Positions 17,976-26,854 of a DNA stretch of 64,000 nucleotides are shown here, piece after piece. Made by a program: the position numbers and the translations under genes. Source of the stretch: a virus (Duplodnaviria; Heunggongvirae; Uroviricota; Caudoviricetes); the IMG/VR virus record IMGVR_UViG_3300010430_000005, positions 19,467 to 83,466 of that record; one strand, given 5' to 3'. The notes beneath the pieces were generated by a model, which searched no databases, was not told the origin of the DNA, and worked only from the letters and a program-made list of their open reading frames with translations. Each line of letters opens with the position of its first letter. Within the stretch, counting starts at the first letter, position 1.

Positions 17976-18372
17976 CGAGATAAAAACAGACGTAGCTTTA
18001 ATAAAAAATGATCTCAAGAACCTAAGCGAAAATCTTAAGATCATAACAAACATAAGCAAAACATTGGCGGTTCAGGAGAATATGTTGTCTACGGACAATG
18101 TACGAATGAACAAGTTAGAGACAGAAGTATTGGCACTTGAAGAAACAAATGCACGCCTCCAGAAGGAATTTATTCAGTATATAGACAAAAGAAACGACGA
18201 GTTGTTAGATAATATACGCGAAATGAATAAGTCCTTTAGCGATAAGCAGGAAATTCTAGAAAAGAAAATAAACCGTCACGACAATCTTTTCAACTATCTG
18301 TTTGGTGCTGCTTTTGTGGTTGGTTTTATTATAGGAAAAACTCCCATACTGACTATGCTTTTCGGAGGGTAA
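17953..18372 (+). CDS. coiled-coil protein with C-terminal membrane anchor
   Basis: Heptad-rich sequence ending in hydrophobic LFGAAFVVGFIIGKTPILTMLFGG. Confidence 0.45.
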   Translation: MTSNEEFNEIKTDVALIKNDLKNLSENLKIITNISKTLAVQENMLSTDNVRMNKLETEVLALEETNARLQKEFIQYIDKRNDELLDNIREMNKSFSDKQEILEKKINRHDNLFNYLFGAAFVVGFIIGKTPILTMLFGG

Positions 18373-18375
18373 GGT

Positions 18376-18404
18376 GTTGACACACTAGCAGAAAACGTTT
18401 AGTG
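18376..18404 (+). promoter_or_regulatory. sigma70-like promoter (TTGACA-17-TAGTGT) within a GTGTTGACAC palindromic element
   Basis: -35 TTGACA at 18376-18381 and -10 TAGTGT at 18399-18404. Flanked by the inverted repeat CACACTAG/TAGTGTG and a second TTGACA at 18409. Confidence 0.4.
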
Positions 18405-18438
18405 TGTTTGACATCGAATTTAACCACTAAGGATTATT

Positions 18439-19455
18439 ATGAGCTACCTTGATGTGAAATATGCATCTTTTCTATCTACTAGGCTCGATAGATACAAAGT
18501 TGTACAGACGTCACCATACAGGGCCAATTTTAGGTGCCCTGTATGTGGTGACTCCAGTAAAAACAAAACTAAAGCTAGAGGATGGTTGCTCGAATCGACC
18601 AGAGACCAAGGGATGGTCTTCTATTGCCATAACTGTGGTGCGTCTATGGGGTTTCGCAACTTCTTGAAACAACAAGACCCTTCTCTCTTTGACGAATATG
18701 TGTCGGAATCTTTCTTCAAAAATAAGAGAGAAACACTAACTAAACCCGTAAAAGAAAAACCTAAATATGAAGCGCCCGTCTTCGATAAGTCTCCCTTGTC
18801 TAAGATTAAGAAGATTAGCCAGCTGAAGCACGATCATCCTGTTAAGAAGTATATCTTAGAAAGACAAATCCCTGCAAACCAGCACTATAGGTTATACTAT
18901 GCGCCCAAGTTTAGGAATTGGGTCAATACTATGATACCAAACAAGTTTCCAAAAATCGTTAAAGATGAGCCTCGACTCATTATGCCTTTCCTAGACAAAA
19001 ACAAAAAATTCTTCGGTATGGCTGCGAGGGGGTTTGATCCCAAAGGTCTGAGATATATGAGCATTATGATGAGTGACTCTCATCCGAAGGTTTTTGGTTT
19101 GGACGTCGTCGACTTTAATAAGCCATATATGGTCGTAGAAGGTGCAATAGATAGCCTATTCTTGAGTAATGCCATTGCTATGGCGGGCGCTGACGGTAGT
19201 GCTCTGGATTCTATCAATAAAGACAATGCCATATTAGTTTACGATAATGAGCCCAGAAACAAGGAAATTTGCTCTCGAATGTTGAAGAATATCCGTGCCG
19301 GCTATGCTGTTTGTATCTGGCCAAAACACATAGAACAAAAAGATATTAACGATATGTGGTTGAATGGGTATCGTAACGTCGAAGACATAATTAAAGAGAA
19401 TACTCATTCTGGCCTCAATGCAGAATTACGTCTTGCGGCTTGGAAAAGGTGTTGA
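18439..19455 (+). CDS. 61: DNA primase (T4 gp61 family)
   Basis: N-terminal zinc ribbon CPVCGDSSKN...YCHNCG. Toprim-like VVEGAIDSLFL ... VYDNEPRN. Confidence 0.8.
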   Translation: MSYLDVKYASFLSTRLDRYKVVQTSPYRANFRCPVCGDSSKNKTKARGWLLESTRDQGMVFYCHNCGASMGFRNFLKQQDPSLFDEYVSESFFKNKRETLTKPVKEKPKYEAPVFDKSPLSKIKKISQLKHDHPVKKYILERQIPANQHYRLYYAPKFRNWVNTMIPNKFPKIVKDEPRLIMPFLDKNKKFFGMAARGFDPKGLRYMSIMMSDSHPKVFGLDVVDFNKPYMVVEGAIDSLFLSNAIAMAGADGSALDSINKDNAILVYDNEPRNKEICSRMLKNIRAGYAVCIWPKHIEQKDINDMWLNGYRNVEDIIKENTHSGLNAELRLAAWKRC

Positions 19456-19503
19456 CGCCGTAGTGTGTCAATGTTAAAACCGTGTTACAAAAGGAGACGT
19501 AAC

Positions 19504-20640
19504 ATGTTTTACACTATCCCAGCAGCGCGTAAAAAGGCAGTCGAGTTTCGTATTTTTAAACTCGCCAAGAAAGCGAAAAAATACGGTAACGAAGATATCA
19601 ATATTACGTTCTCGGACCCTTACTTTTCAGAAATGAAAGACGTTCACGGGATAGAGAGAACGGTAGAGCTAGTAGACGTGGAAGTAACCGGAGAGGCGCC
19701 TGTTTATCAGGAAGGCTGGTCACTTATTGCTCGTGTAGAGCTGCTGGGTGACGAAAATCTTGTACATGAGGTACCCACCAAGTCGGTAGAAATTGACGGT
19801 CGGTTTCGTACACATAATGGTAACTGCGAACACTGTAAGAAATTGCGTAAGCGTAACGATGTTTATGTTTTCGATAATGGCGAAGAACAGATCGCAGTAG
19901 GTCGGCAGTGTCTCAGAGATTTTATTGGTGCCGATGACCCAAAAGCTATTGTGTCTCGAGCCCAGTTTTTTGAGAGTGTTAAGCGAGATATCGACGAAGA
20001 ATGCGAAGGCTTCGCCAAATCAGCCATTTATGTTGAGGACGCACTAGCATTGACCTCGGCGTTTATTCGCAAAGACGGCTGGGTTTCGAAAGCCAAGATG
20101 CGCGACACTGGCACTATTTCGACCGCGGATTGTGTACTTAATAGCATGAACCATGTTAAGGGTTATGATATGAAAGTCGACGACGAGGACATGGACTTGG
20201 CAGAAGAAGTCGTTGCTCGTTTCCGTAACTCCAAAGGAGAAGAAAACAATTATATGGAGAACCTCCGTGTTCTTATCAAACAAGACATGGTGCAGGAAAA
20301 GAATCTGGGTCTTCTGTGTAGTGCGGTGTCGGTTCTCATTGAAGAGAAAACTGTTAAGGCAGAATCGGAAAGTTCGCGGTCCGAATACGTAGGAGAAATT
20401 AAGCAGCGCATCCGTGGGTTGGGAGTTACTGTAAGTAAAGAGATTTATTTGGGTACTTCGGAATTTGGCGAACGGTATGTGTACAACTTCGTTACCCGTG
20501 AGGACGATGTGTTGGTTTGGTTTACTGGCAAGAAAGATGTTAGTGTCGGCGATGAAGTTAACCTCGATTTTACTGTTAAAGACCATAACGAATATAGAGG
20601 AATCAAGCAGACCGTAGTAACAAGAGCAAAAATCAAATGA
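19504..20640 (+). CDS. hypothetical protein
   Basis: RBS aaaaggagacgtaacATG. The track's alternative start is 19465. Confidence 0.45.
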   Translation: MFYTIPAARKKAVEFRIFKLAKKAKKYGNEDINITFSDPYFSEMKDVHGIERTVELVDVEVTGEAPVYQEGWSLIARVELLGDENLVHEVPTKSVEIDGRFRTHNGNCEHCKKLRKRNDVYVFDNGEEQIAVGRQCLRDFIGADDPKAIVSRAQFFESVKRDIDEECEGFAKSAIYVEDALALTSAFIRKDGWVSKAKMRDTGTISTADCVLNSMNHVKGYDMKVDDEDMDLAEEVVARFRNSKGEENNYMENLRVLIKQDMVQEKNLGLLCSAVSVLIEEKTVKAESESSRSEYVGEIKQRIRGLGVTVSKEIYLGTSEFGERYVYNFVTREDDVLVWFTGKKDVSVGDEVNLDFTVKDHNEYRGIKQTVVTRAKIK

Positions 20641-20646
20641 GGTATT

Positions 20647-21459
20647 ATGGAAGTCAAATGGGCAGTAAGCACTGGAGTTTTTGATAGACCAGGCTTTCTT
20701 AAAATAACAGACGCTCTTGATAGAGCAGGCATAGAGTATTTTCAGAGTGAATATGATACAGTATCTCGAAAATACAAAGACATACCATATGGCGTAGATG
20801 AATGTGTCGTCATGTATGGTCCTATCCAATTCGTTAAAAATAATGACAAAGGATTTTTGCCTGGTCCTTTTGGGTACGAAAACCCAAACACAACTCAATA
20901 TATGTCCAAATTGCCTATAGAATGGTTCTTTAATAGTGAATCTATCTATCTTCCGTTTGGGCAAATAATGTCTAAGATCGACTTTATAAATAAGGTGTAC
21001 GGTGACAGACTATTCATAAGACCAGATTCGGGGTTCAAAAGTTTCACCGGATTTAACGTCAACATCGAAGATTTAGAATTTGAATTATCCTCTAGGGCAC
21101 AGACAGAACCTGTTTTTTATGACGAATTGTGTCTTGTAGCTAAAGAAAAACAAATACTTGGAGAATATAGATTTGTCATTTGCGACAAAAAAGTCGTAAC
21201 TGGCTCCCAATATAGATATGACGGAGTGTTGGATATTCGTATTGACGTAAACAGCGATGCTCTGAAAATGGCAGAGAAAGTCGCTCAACACCCTTGGCAG
21301 ATGGATACATGTTACGTTGTAGATATATTTCTGGACGCTCTAGGTGCGCCTAGCATTGGAGAATTCAATAGTTTTTCGAGTAGTGGGCTTTATAGTTGCG
21401 ACGTGGATAAGATAGTAAAAGAAGTAAGTGCTTGTGCACTAAAAGAATGGGAATTTTGA
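20647..21459 (+). CDS. hypothetical protein, possibly ATP-grasp fold
   Basis: The C-terminal SIGEFNSFSSSG resembles the ATP-grasp E-x-N motif. Weak evidence. Confidence 0.35.
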   Translation: MEVKWAVSTGVFDRPGFLKITDALDRAGIEYFQSEYDTVSRKYKDIPYGVDECVVMYGPIQFVKNNDKGFLPGPFGYENPNTTQYMSKLPIEWFFNSESIYLPFGQIMSKIDFINKVYGDRLFIRPDSGFKSFTGFNVNIEDLEFELSSRAQTEPVFYDELCLVAKEKQILGEYRFVICDKKVVTGSQYRYDGVLDIRIDVNSDALKMAEKVAQHPWQMDTCYVVDIFLDALGAPSIGEFNSFSSSGLYSCDVDKIVKEVSACALKEWEF

Positions 21460-21939
21460 ATGATAAGAGCGATTTTAGCTTGCGACGACGGTTGGGGTAT
21501 AGGTAAAGATAATAAACTCCCTTGGCCTCATAACAGTGCGGATCTTAAATGGTTTAAAGAATGCACATATAATGGCATCGTTGTTATGGGAAGAAACACA
21601 TGGGATAGCTTGCCATCAAAACCTCTTAAAGGTAGGACGAACATGGTCGTTTCTGATACCATGAGCCCAAGAAATGATTGCGAGGTTGTCAAGTCTGACA
21701 TATTCAAGTCTCGCATGTCTGTAGTGAAAGGTCACGAAACAAGGGACTTGTGGGTCATAGGTGGCGCTAAACTTTTCTCTACTGCATTAGACATAATTGA
21801 TGAGATTTGGTTAAGTCGTATAGAATACGAGTATGGTTGCGATGTGTTTCTGCCATCTTCAGATATAAAGTCACAGTTTGTATTATCTGAGAACATGTTT
21901 GGAGAAGGGTTACATATTGAGAAGTGGACACGTAAATGA
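21460..21939 (+). CDS. frd: dihydrofolate reductase
   Basis: ILACDDGWGIGKDNKLPW ... VMGRNTWDSLP ... LWVIGGAKLF match DHFR motifs. Confidence 0.85.
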   Translation: MIRAILACDDGWGIGKDNKLPWPHNSADLKWFKECTYNGIVVMGRNTWDSLPSKPLKGRTNMVVSDTMSPRNDCEVVKSDIFKSRMSVVKGHETRDLWVIGGAKLFSTALDIIDEIWLSRIEYEYGCDVFLPSSDIKSQFVLSENMFGEGLHIEKWTRK

Positions 21940-22808
21940 AACAGTATTTAGATGCTTTGAGATTCGTTAAAGAAAATGGGGAGTTTGTAGATGACCGGAC
22001 CGGTGTGGGAACTAAATCAGTCTTTGGATACCAAATGCGATTTAACTTGCAAGATGGCTTTCCTGCAGTCACAACAAAAAGACTTGCATGGAAATCAGTC
22101 GTCGGAGAACTTATCTGGTTTATTGAAGGAAGCACAGATGAACGAAGATTGGCTGAAATTACATATGGAAAGCCTAGAGAAGCCCTTGTGGGAAAGAATA
22201 CTATTTGGACAGCAAATGCTGATAAGCAAGGCAAAGAACTCGGATACGAAAACCACGATATGTATAAAGGACTCGGCCCAGTCTACGGCGCGCAGTGGCG
22301 CAACTTCGACGGCTTCGGATCATACAGCGGAACAGACCAGCTCGAATGGCTTGCCAATGAAATACGAACCAATCCAGATTCGAGACGACTTATCTTATCA
22401 GCATGGAACCCTAACCAGCTGGACGAAATGGCATTGCCGCCCTGTCATACTCTCGCCCAATTCCGTGTATATAACGGCAAGTTGAGTTGTCAGTTATACC
22501 AAAGATCGGCGGATTTGCCTTTGGGAATTCCGTTCAATATTGCATCATATTCGCTGTTAACGCACATATTTGCGCAACTATGTGGGCTTGAAGTAGGCGA
22601 CTTTGTCCATACCATAGGGGATGCGCACATATACCAGAATCAAATTCCGTTCGTTGAAAAGCAACTTGAAAGAAAACCGAAGTCGCTGCCTACTCTTCAA
22701 ATGCCAACATTCACGACATTAGAAGAAGTTTTTGATACGACTCCTAGCGACTATAAACTAATCGGATACGACCCTTATCCTACTATAAAAATCCCCTTCG
22801 CAGTATAG
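21936..22808 (+). CDS. td: thymidylate synthase (no intron)
   Basis: PPCHTLAQF active-site motif, DLPLGIPFNIASYSLL and GDAHIY. Continuous 290-aa ORF. Confidence 0.9.
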   Translation: MKQYLDALRFVKENGEFVDDRTGVGTKSVFGYQMRFNLQDGFPAVTTKRLAWKSVVGELIWFIEGSTDERRLAEITYGKPREALVGKNTIWTANADKQGKELGYENHDMYKGLGPVYGAQWRNFDGFGSYSGTDQLEWLANEIRTNPDSRRLILSAWNPNQLDEMALPPCHTLAQFRVYNGKLSCQLYQRSADLPLGIPFNIASYSLLTHIFAQLCGLEVGDFVHTIGDAHIYQNQIPFVEKQLERKPKSLPTLQMPTFTTLEEVFDTTPSDYKLIGYDPYPTIKIPFAV

Positions 22809-22998
22809 TTTCTAGGTCCTCCTTTTTTAAATAAAATTAAAAAGAAAACCAAAGGCACTGCCTAAATTGGTAATGCCTAAAATAAATTCGATAAATAAAC
22901 AAGCGGTGAGTAACTTGTCCGTAGGCGATTTCATCCTAGAAAGTTACGACCCGATAGATTCAATTAAAGCACCGATGGCGGTCTAAAAAAACAAAAAA

Positions 22999-23029
22999 AG
23001 AACAGAGCTTCTGTGCCTGTTCTTTTCTT
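22999..23029 (+). terminator. rho-independent terminator
   Basis: AGAACAG-agcttctgtgc-CTGTTCT followed by TTTCTT. An A-run upstream could extend the stem. Confidence 0.5.
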
Positions 23030-23046
23030 ATTCTAAAGAGGTATTG

Positions 23047-25332
23047 ATGATAAACGTAATAAAAAGAGATGGTAGTAAAGAACCACTGGATCTAAACAAA
23101 ATACACAAGGTTGTTGGGTGGTCATGCGAAGGCATAACGGGAGTATCTGTTTCTCAGGTGGAATTAAAATCTCATATCCAATTCTATGACGGCATAACAA
23201 CAGAAGACATCCACGAAACACTTATTAGTTCGGCGTCGGAACTAATATCTGAAGACACACCTAATTACCAATACGTTGCGGCCAAATTGATAAATTTTGA
23301 TCTCAGGAAAAGAGCCTACGGAAAATATGAGCCAGATACGTTGAAAGAGATAGTTGAGCGGGGCGTGAAAGACGGTTTTTACAATCCGGATCTTTTAACC
23401 GAATATAACGATTCTGATTGGTCTTTTATGGAAGGTGTTATAAATCATGATCGTGACAATTACATCTCTTATGCTGGCATGGTGCAGTTCAAAACCAAAT
23501 ACCTAGTAAAGAATAAGATAAGTAACCATTATTACGAAACACCTCAAGTCGCTTATATGCTGATCGCGGCAAGCGGGTGTCTAGTAGAAGAAAAAGAAAG
23601 TCGTCTCAAAACAATAAAACAAGTGTATAACCATTTGTCTAAGTTTGACTTTACTCTACCTACACCGATCATGGCCGGTTTGCGTACTAAAGTAAAGCAG
23701 TTCTCTTCCTGCACTCTTATTGACTCGGGCGACTCTTTGGATTCTATCAATGCTGCCGCATCTGCCATAGTTAAATATGCTGCGAACCGCGCCGGTATAG
23801 GTTTGAATATTGGACGCATTCGTGCTGTTGGTTCCCCCATAAGAAACGGAGAAGCAACTCATACGGGTATTGTGCCTTTCATCAAATATTTCAATTCTGC
23901 ATTGAAAAGCTGTAACCAAGGCGGTTTGAGAAATTCCAGCGGAACATTCTATTACCCTATGTGGCATTATGAATACGAAGATCTCATCGTCCTGAAAAAT
24001 AACAAAGGTACCGAAGATTCGAGAGTCCGTTCTGTAGACTATGGCGTGCAGCTAAATAGATTTTTGATACAGCGTCTCATTAACGGTGAGGACATAACTT
24101 TATTCTCACCTAGCGATGTGCCTGGACTATATGACGCTTTCTTCGCAGACCAAAAGAAGTTTGCTGAGCTTTATGTGAAATACGAAAAAGATAAATCCAT
24201 TAGGAAAAAGACAATCAGCGCGATGGATGCTTTTGGTCACTTGGCTCAAGAGCGAGTCGAAACGGGCAGAATTTATATACAGTTCGTAGACAATACTAAC
24301 GAGCAAGGCATGTTAGGTGAAGACAACCTTGTTGTCATGTCGAACTTGTGTGCGGAAGTTGTACAAACAACAAAACCCATGGAGTCTGTGTTTGATTCTG
24401 ACGGTATGGTATCTCTATGTACATTAGCCGCATTCAATATGGGCAATATTAAACAGCCTTCCGACTTTGAGAAGCTTTCTAGAGTTATGGTGCGGTTCAT
24501 TGATAACGTGTTAACTTATCAGACGTACCTTTTACCTGCTTCGGAGAACTCGACTCGTATGTTCCGGAATATAGGTATAGGCATGTCTAACTTGGCTTAT
24601 TTCTTGGCTAAAAACGGATACAAATATACCGACTCTGAAGCACCGGCGTTTATGCACCCTTATATGGAAGCTATGGGATACTACTCTATAAAAGCATCTG
24701 CAGAGTTAGCAAAAGAGCGAGGTTCCTTTGAAGCTTTCGATACGACAAAGTGGGCTAAAGGTATTCTTCCGATAGATACTTACCGTGATGCTGTCGACGA
24801 AATCGCGGCGGCGGAATATGAACTGGACTGGGAAGAATTGAGGCTTTTGACTAAAGAAGGTATGAGAAACGCTACAGTTCTTAGCTTCATGCCCGTGGAA
24901 ACCTCGAGTCAGTTGGTTAATGCCACGAATGGTGTAGAACCACCGCGTGGGTTGATCTCTGTTAAAGGATCAAAAGACGGTGTTATGAAGCAAGTAGTTC
25001 CCGAAATACACAGACTGAAGAACAAGTATGATCTGCTTTGGGATCAGGAAAGCCCAAGAGGATATTTGAATATTATGGCTGTAATGCAAAAATTTGTAGA
25101 CCAGTCCATATCGGTAAATACTTCTTATAATCCAGAGTTTTATGAAGACGGTAATATACCACTAACAGACATATTGGGAGACATAATTTATGCTTGTAAG
25201 ATGGGCCTAAAGACACTATATTACAACAACACATTTGATATGAGTGGCGAAGTCGAATTTAAAGACGAAGAACAAGCGCCACTAACCGAAGAAGAAGAAT
25301 CTGAAGAATATTGCGATTCTTGTGTACTTTAA
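23047..25332 (+). CDS. nrdA: ribonucleotide reductase class Ia large subunit
   Basis: ATP-cone at the N-terminus. Contains NLCAEV, PMESVFDSDG and MPVETSSQ. Acidic C-terminus with CDSC. Confidence 0.9.
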   Translation: MINVIKRDGSKEPLDLNKIHKVVGWSCEGITGVSVSQVELKSHIQFYDGITTEDIHETLISSASELISEDTPNYQYVAAKLINFDLRKRAYGKYEPDTLKEIVERGVKDGFYNPDLLTEYNDSDWSFMEGVINHDRDNYISYAGMVQFKTKYLVKNKISNHYYETPQVAYMLIAASGCLVEEKESRLKTIKQVYNHLSKFDFTLPTPIMAGLRTKVKQFSSCTLIDSGDSLDSINAAASAIVKYAANRAGIGLNIGRIRAVGSPIRNGEATHTGIVPFIKYFNSALKSCNQGGLRNSSGTFYYPMWHYEYEDLIVLKNNKGTEDSRVRSVDYGVQLNRFLIQRLINGEDITLFSPSDVPGLYDAFFADQKKFAELYVKYEKDKSIRKKTISAMDAFGHLAQERVETGRIYIQFVDNTNEQGMLGEDNLVVMSNLCAEVVQTTKPMESVFDSDGMVSLCTLAAFNMGNIKQPSDFEKLSRVMVRFIDNVLTYQTYLLPASENSTRMFRNIGIGMSNLAYFLAKNGYKYTDSEAPAFMHPYMEAMGYYSIKASAELAKERGSFEAFDTTKWAKGILPIDTYRDAVDEIAAAEYELDWEELRLLTKEGMRNATVLSFMPVETSSQLVNATNGVEPPRGLISVKGSKDGVMKQVVPEIHRLKNKYDLLWDQESPRGYLNIMAVMQKFVDQSISVNTSYNPEFYEDGNIPLTDILGDIIYACKMGLKTLYYNNTFDMSGEVEFKDEEQAPLTEEEESEEYCDSCVL

Positions 25333-25347
25333 CGTGAAAGGATTATT

Positions 25348-26433
25348 ATGGCTTTAAATGTAGATTATAAAGGACGGAAGATGTTCCTCGATGGTTCTGT
25401 GGATATTGCACGGTACGATCAGATACAATACCCGACCTTGGATAGGATTGTTAAACAACAGCGAGGATTCTTTTGGGTCCCCGAAGAAATCAACGATATT
25501 AACAAAGATAAGGTTGATTTCAGGAAACTAAACGAGCACGAACAGCACATATTCATTTCGAACCTACTAAGGCAGACCCTACTAGATAGTATTCAGGGTA
25601 GAGCCCCTTCCGAAGTCTTTAGTCCGATTACTTCTGTACCCGAAGCGGAGATTTGGACTCAGACATGGGCATTTAGCGAAACAATTCATTCTTATTCGTA
25701 TACGTATATCATACGGAATGTGTTTTCGAATCCCGACGAAGTGTTTGGCCGTATGCCCGAAATTCAAGAGATTGTCGATTGTTCTGTAGACGTTTCTAAG
25801 TATTACAACGAACTGGACGATTTTAATAAGCTAGTTTCTTTGTACGGTTACGAAGACGGTCGGACATTGCGAAAACATAAAGAACTTCTATGGAAATGTC
25901 TCATGTCTGTTAACATCTTAGAAGGCGTGCGCTTTTATGTTTCGTTTGCGTGTTCTTGGAATTTTGCCGAACGTAAATTGATGGAAGGCAATGCGAAAAT
26001 CATCAAGTTGATCGCAAGGGATGAGAATTTGCACCTAGCGTCTACGCAATATATGCTAAGAGAACTTGTCCGTACAGATCCCGAATTTGCAGAGATCGCC
26101 AAAGAAACTGAACAAGAGTGCATAGAGTTGTTTAACGCTGCTATAGATCAAGAAAAAGATTGGGCTAAGTACCTATTCAAAGATGGCTCTATGGTTGGTC
26201 TAAATGAAAACATACTGTGCGAATATGTTGATTATATAGCAAAACAGCGTATGAAAGTTGTGGGTCTACCTTCAGACATAGAGATAACACAGAACCCGCT
26301 ACCTTGGACCTTGAAATGGATCGGCGGCAAGGAAATGCAACCGGCAGCACAAGAAACCAACATCACATCTTATCGAATAGGCGGGCTGAAAAGCGATGTT
26401 AGTAAAAACTCGTTCAAAGGTTTTGAACTTTGA
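25348..26433 (+). CDS. nrdB: ribonucleotide reductase small subunit
   Basis: Di-iron ligand helices: ETIHSYSYTYI, ILEGVRFYVSFA and ARDENLHLA. Confidence 0.9.
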   Translation: MALNVDYKGRKMFLDGSVDIARYDQIQYPTLDRIVKQQRGFFWVPEEINDINKDKVDFRKLNEHEQHIFISNLLRQTLLDSIQGRAPSEVFSPITSVPEAEIWTQTWAFSETIHSYSYTYIIRNVFSNPDEVFGRMPEIQEIVDCSVDVSKYYNELDDFNKLVSLYGYEDGRTLRKHKELLWKCLMSVNILEGVRFYVSFACSWNFAERKLMEGNAKIIKLIARDENLHLASTQYMLRELVRTDPEFAEIAKETEQECIELFNAAIDQEKDWAKYLFKDGSMVGLNENILCEYVDYIAKQRMKVVGLPSDIEITQNPLPWTLKWIGGKEMQPAAQETNITSYRIGGLKSDVSKNSFKGFEL

Positions 26434-26831
26434 ATAAGTGGGATGAAGCATACATGAAAACGGCAGAGACTTTTGGGTCTCTGTCTTCGGCTAAAAAGCT
26501 CAAGGTGGGTGCGATAGTAGTCAAAGAAGACAGAATCATATCTATAGGATATAACGGAACACCTAACGGGTGGGGTAACGAATGCGAAGATGATGACCAC
26601 AAAACTAAGCCGGAAGTCGTACATGCCGAGGCTAATTGTATTACTAAGTTGGCTAGATCTGTAGAATCTGCCTATGGTTCTACCATGTATGTCACCCATG
26701 CGCCTTGTATTGAATGTGCTAAATTAATTGACGGAGCGGGAATAACTAAGGTTTTTTACCGAGAAGATTTTAAGAACACTAAAGGTCTGAATTTTCTTAT
26801 ATTGAGGGGCATCGCTGTAGAAAAATTATAA
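26430..26831 (+). CDS. cd: dCMP deaminase
   Basis: Zinc-binding HAEANCI ... PCIECAKLI (CDA fold). Confidence 0.8.
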   Translation: MNKWDEAYMKTAETFGSLSSAKKLKVGAIVVKEDRIISIGYNGTPNGWGNECEDDDHKTKPEVVHAEANCITKLARSVESAYGSTMYVTHAPCIECAKLIDGAGITKVFYREDFKNTKGLNFLILRGIAVEKL

Positions 26832-26836
26832 ATAAA
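26829..26836 (+). promoter_or_regulatory. T4-type late promoter TATAAATA
   Basis: Exact TATAAATA 19 nt upstream of the 26855 start. Confidence 0.4.
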
Positions 26837-26854
26837 AAAAAAACAGGAGACACC

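Noticed and set aside
18461-18667. 68-aa ORF inside the primase gene
   Set aside because: It is out of frame within the conserved primase zinc-ribbon region.
19452-19480. Promoter TTGACG-17-TAAAAC upstream of the 19504 gene
   Set aside because: The -10 is poor (ends in C). It is kept only as part of the palindromic-element observation.
21991-22485. 164-aa + strand ORF overlapping thymidylate synthase in another frame
   Set aside because: It is embedded in the conserved td coding sequence, so it is an alternative-frame artefact.
21936-26433. Possible group I introns in td, nrdA or nrdB, as in T4
   Set aside because: All three genes read as continuous full-length ORFs with conserved motifs in order. 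No long untranslated insert is present.
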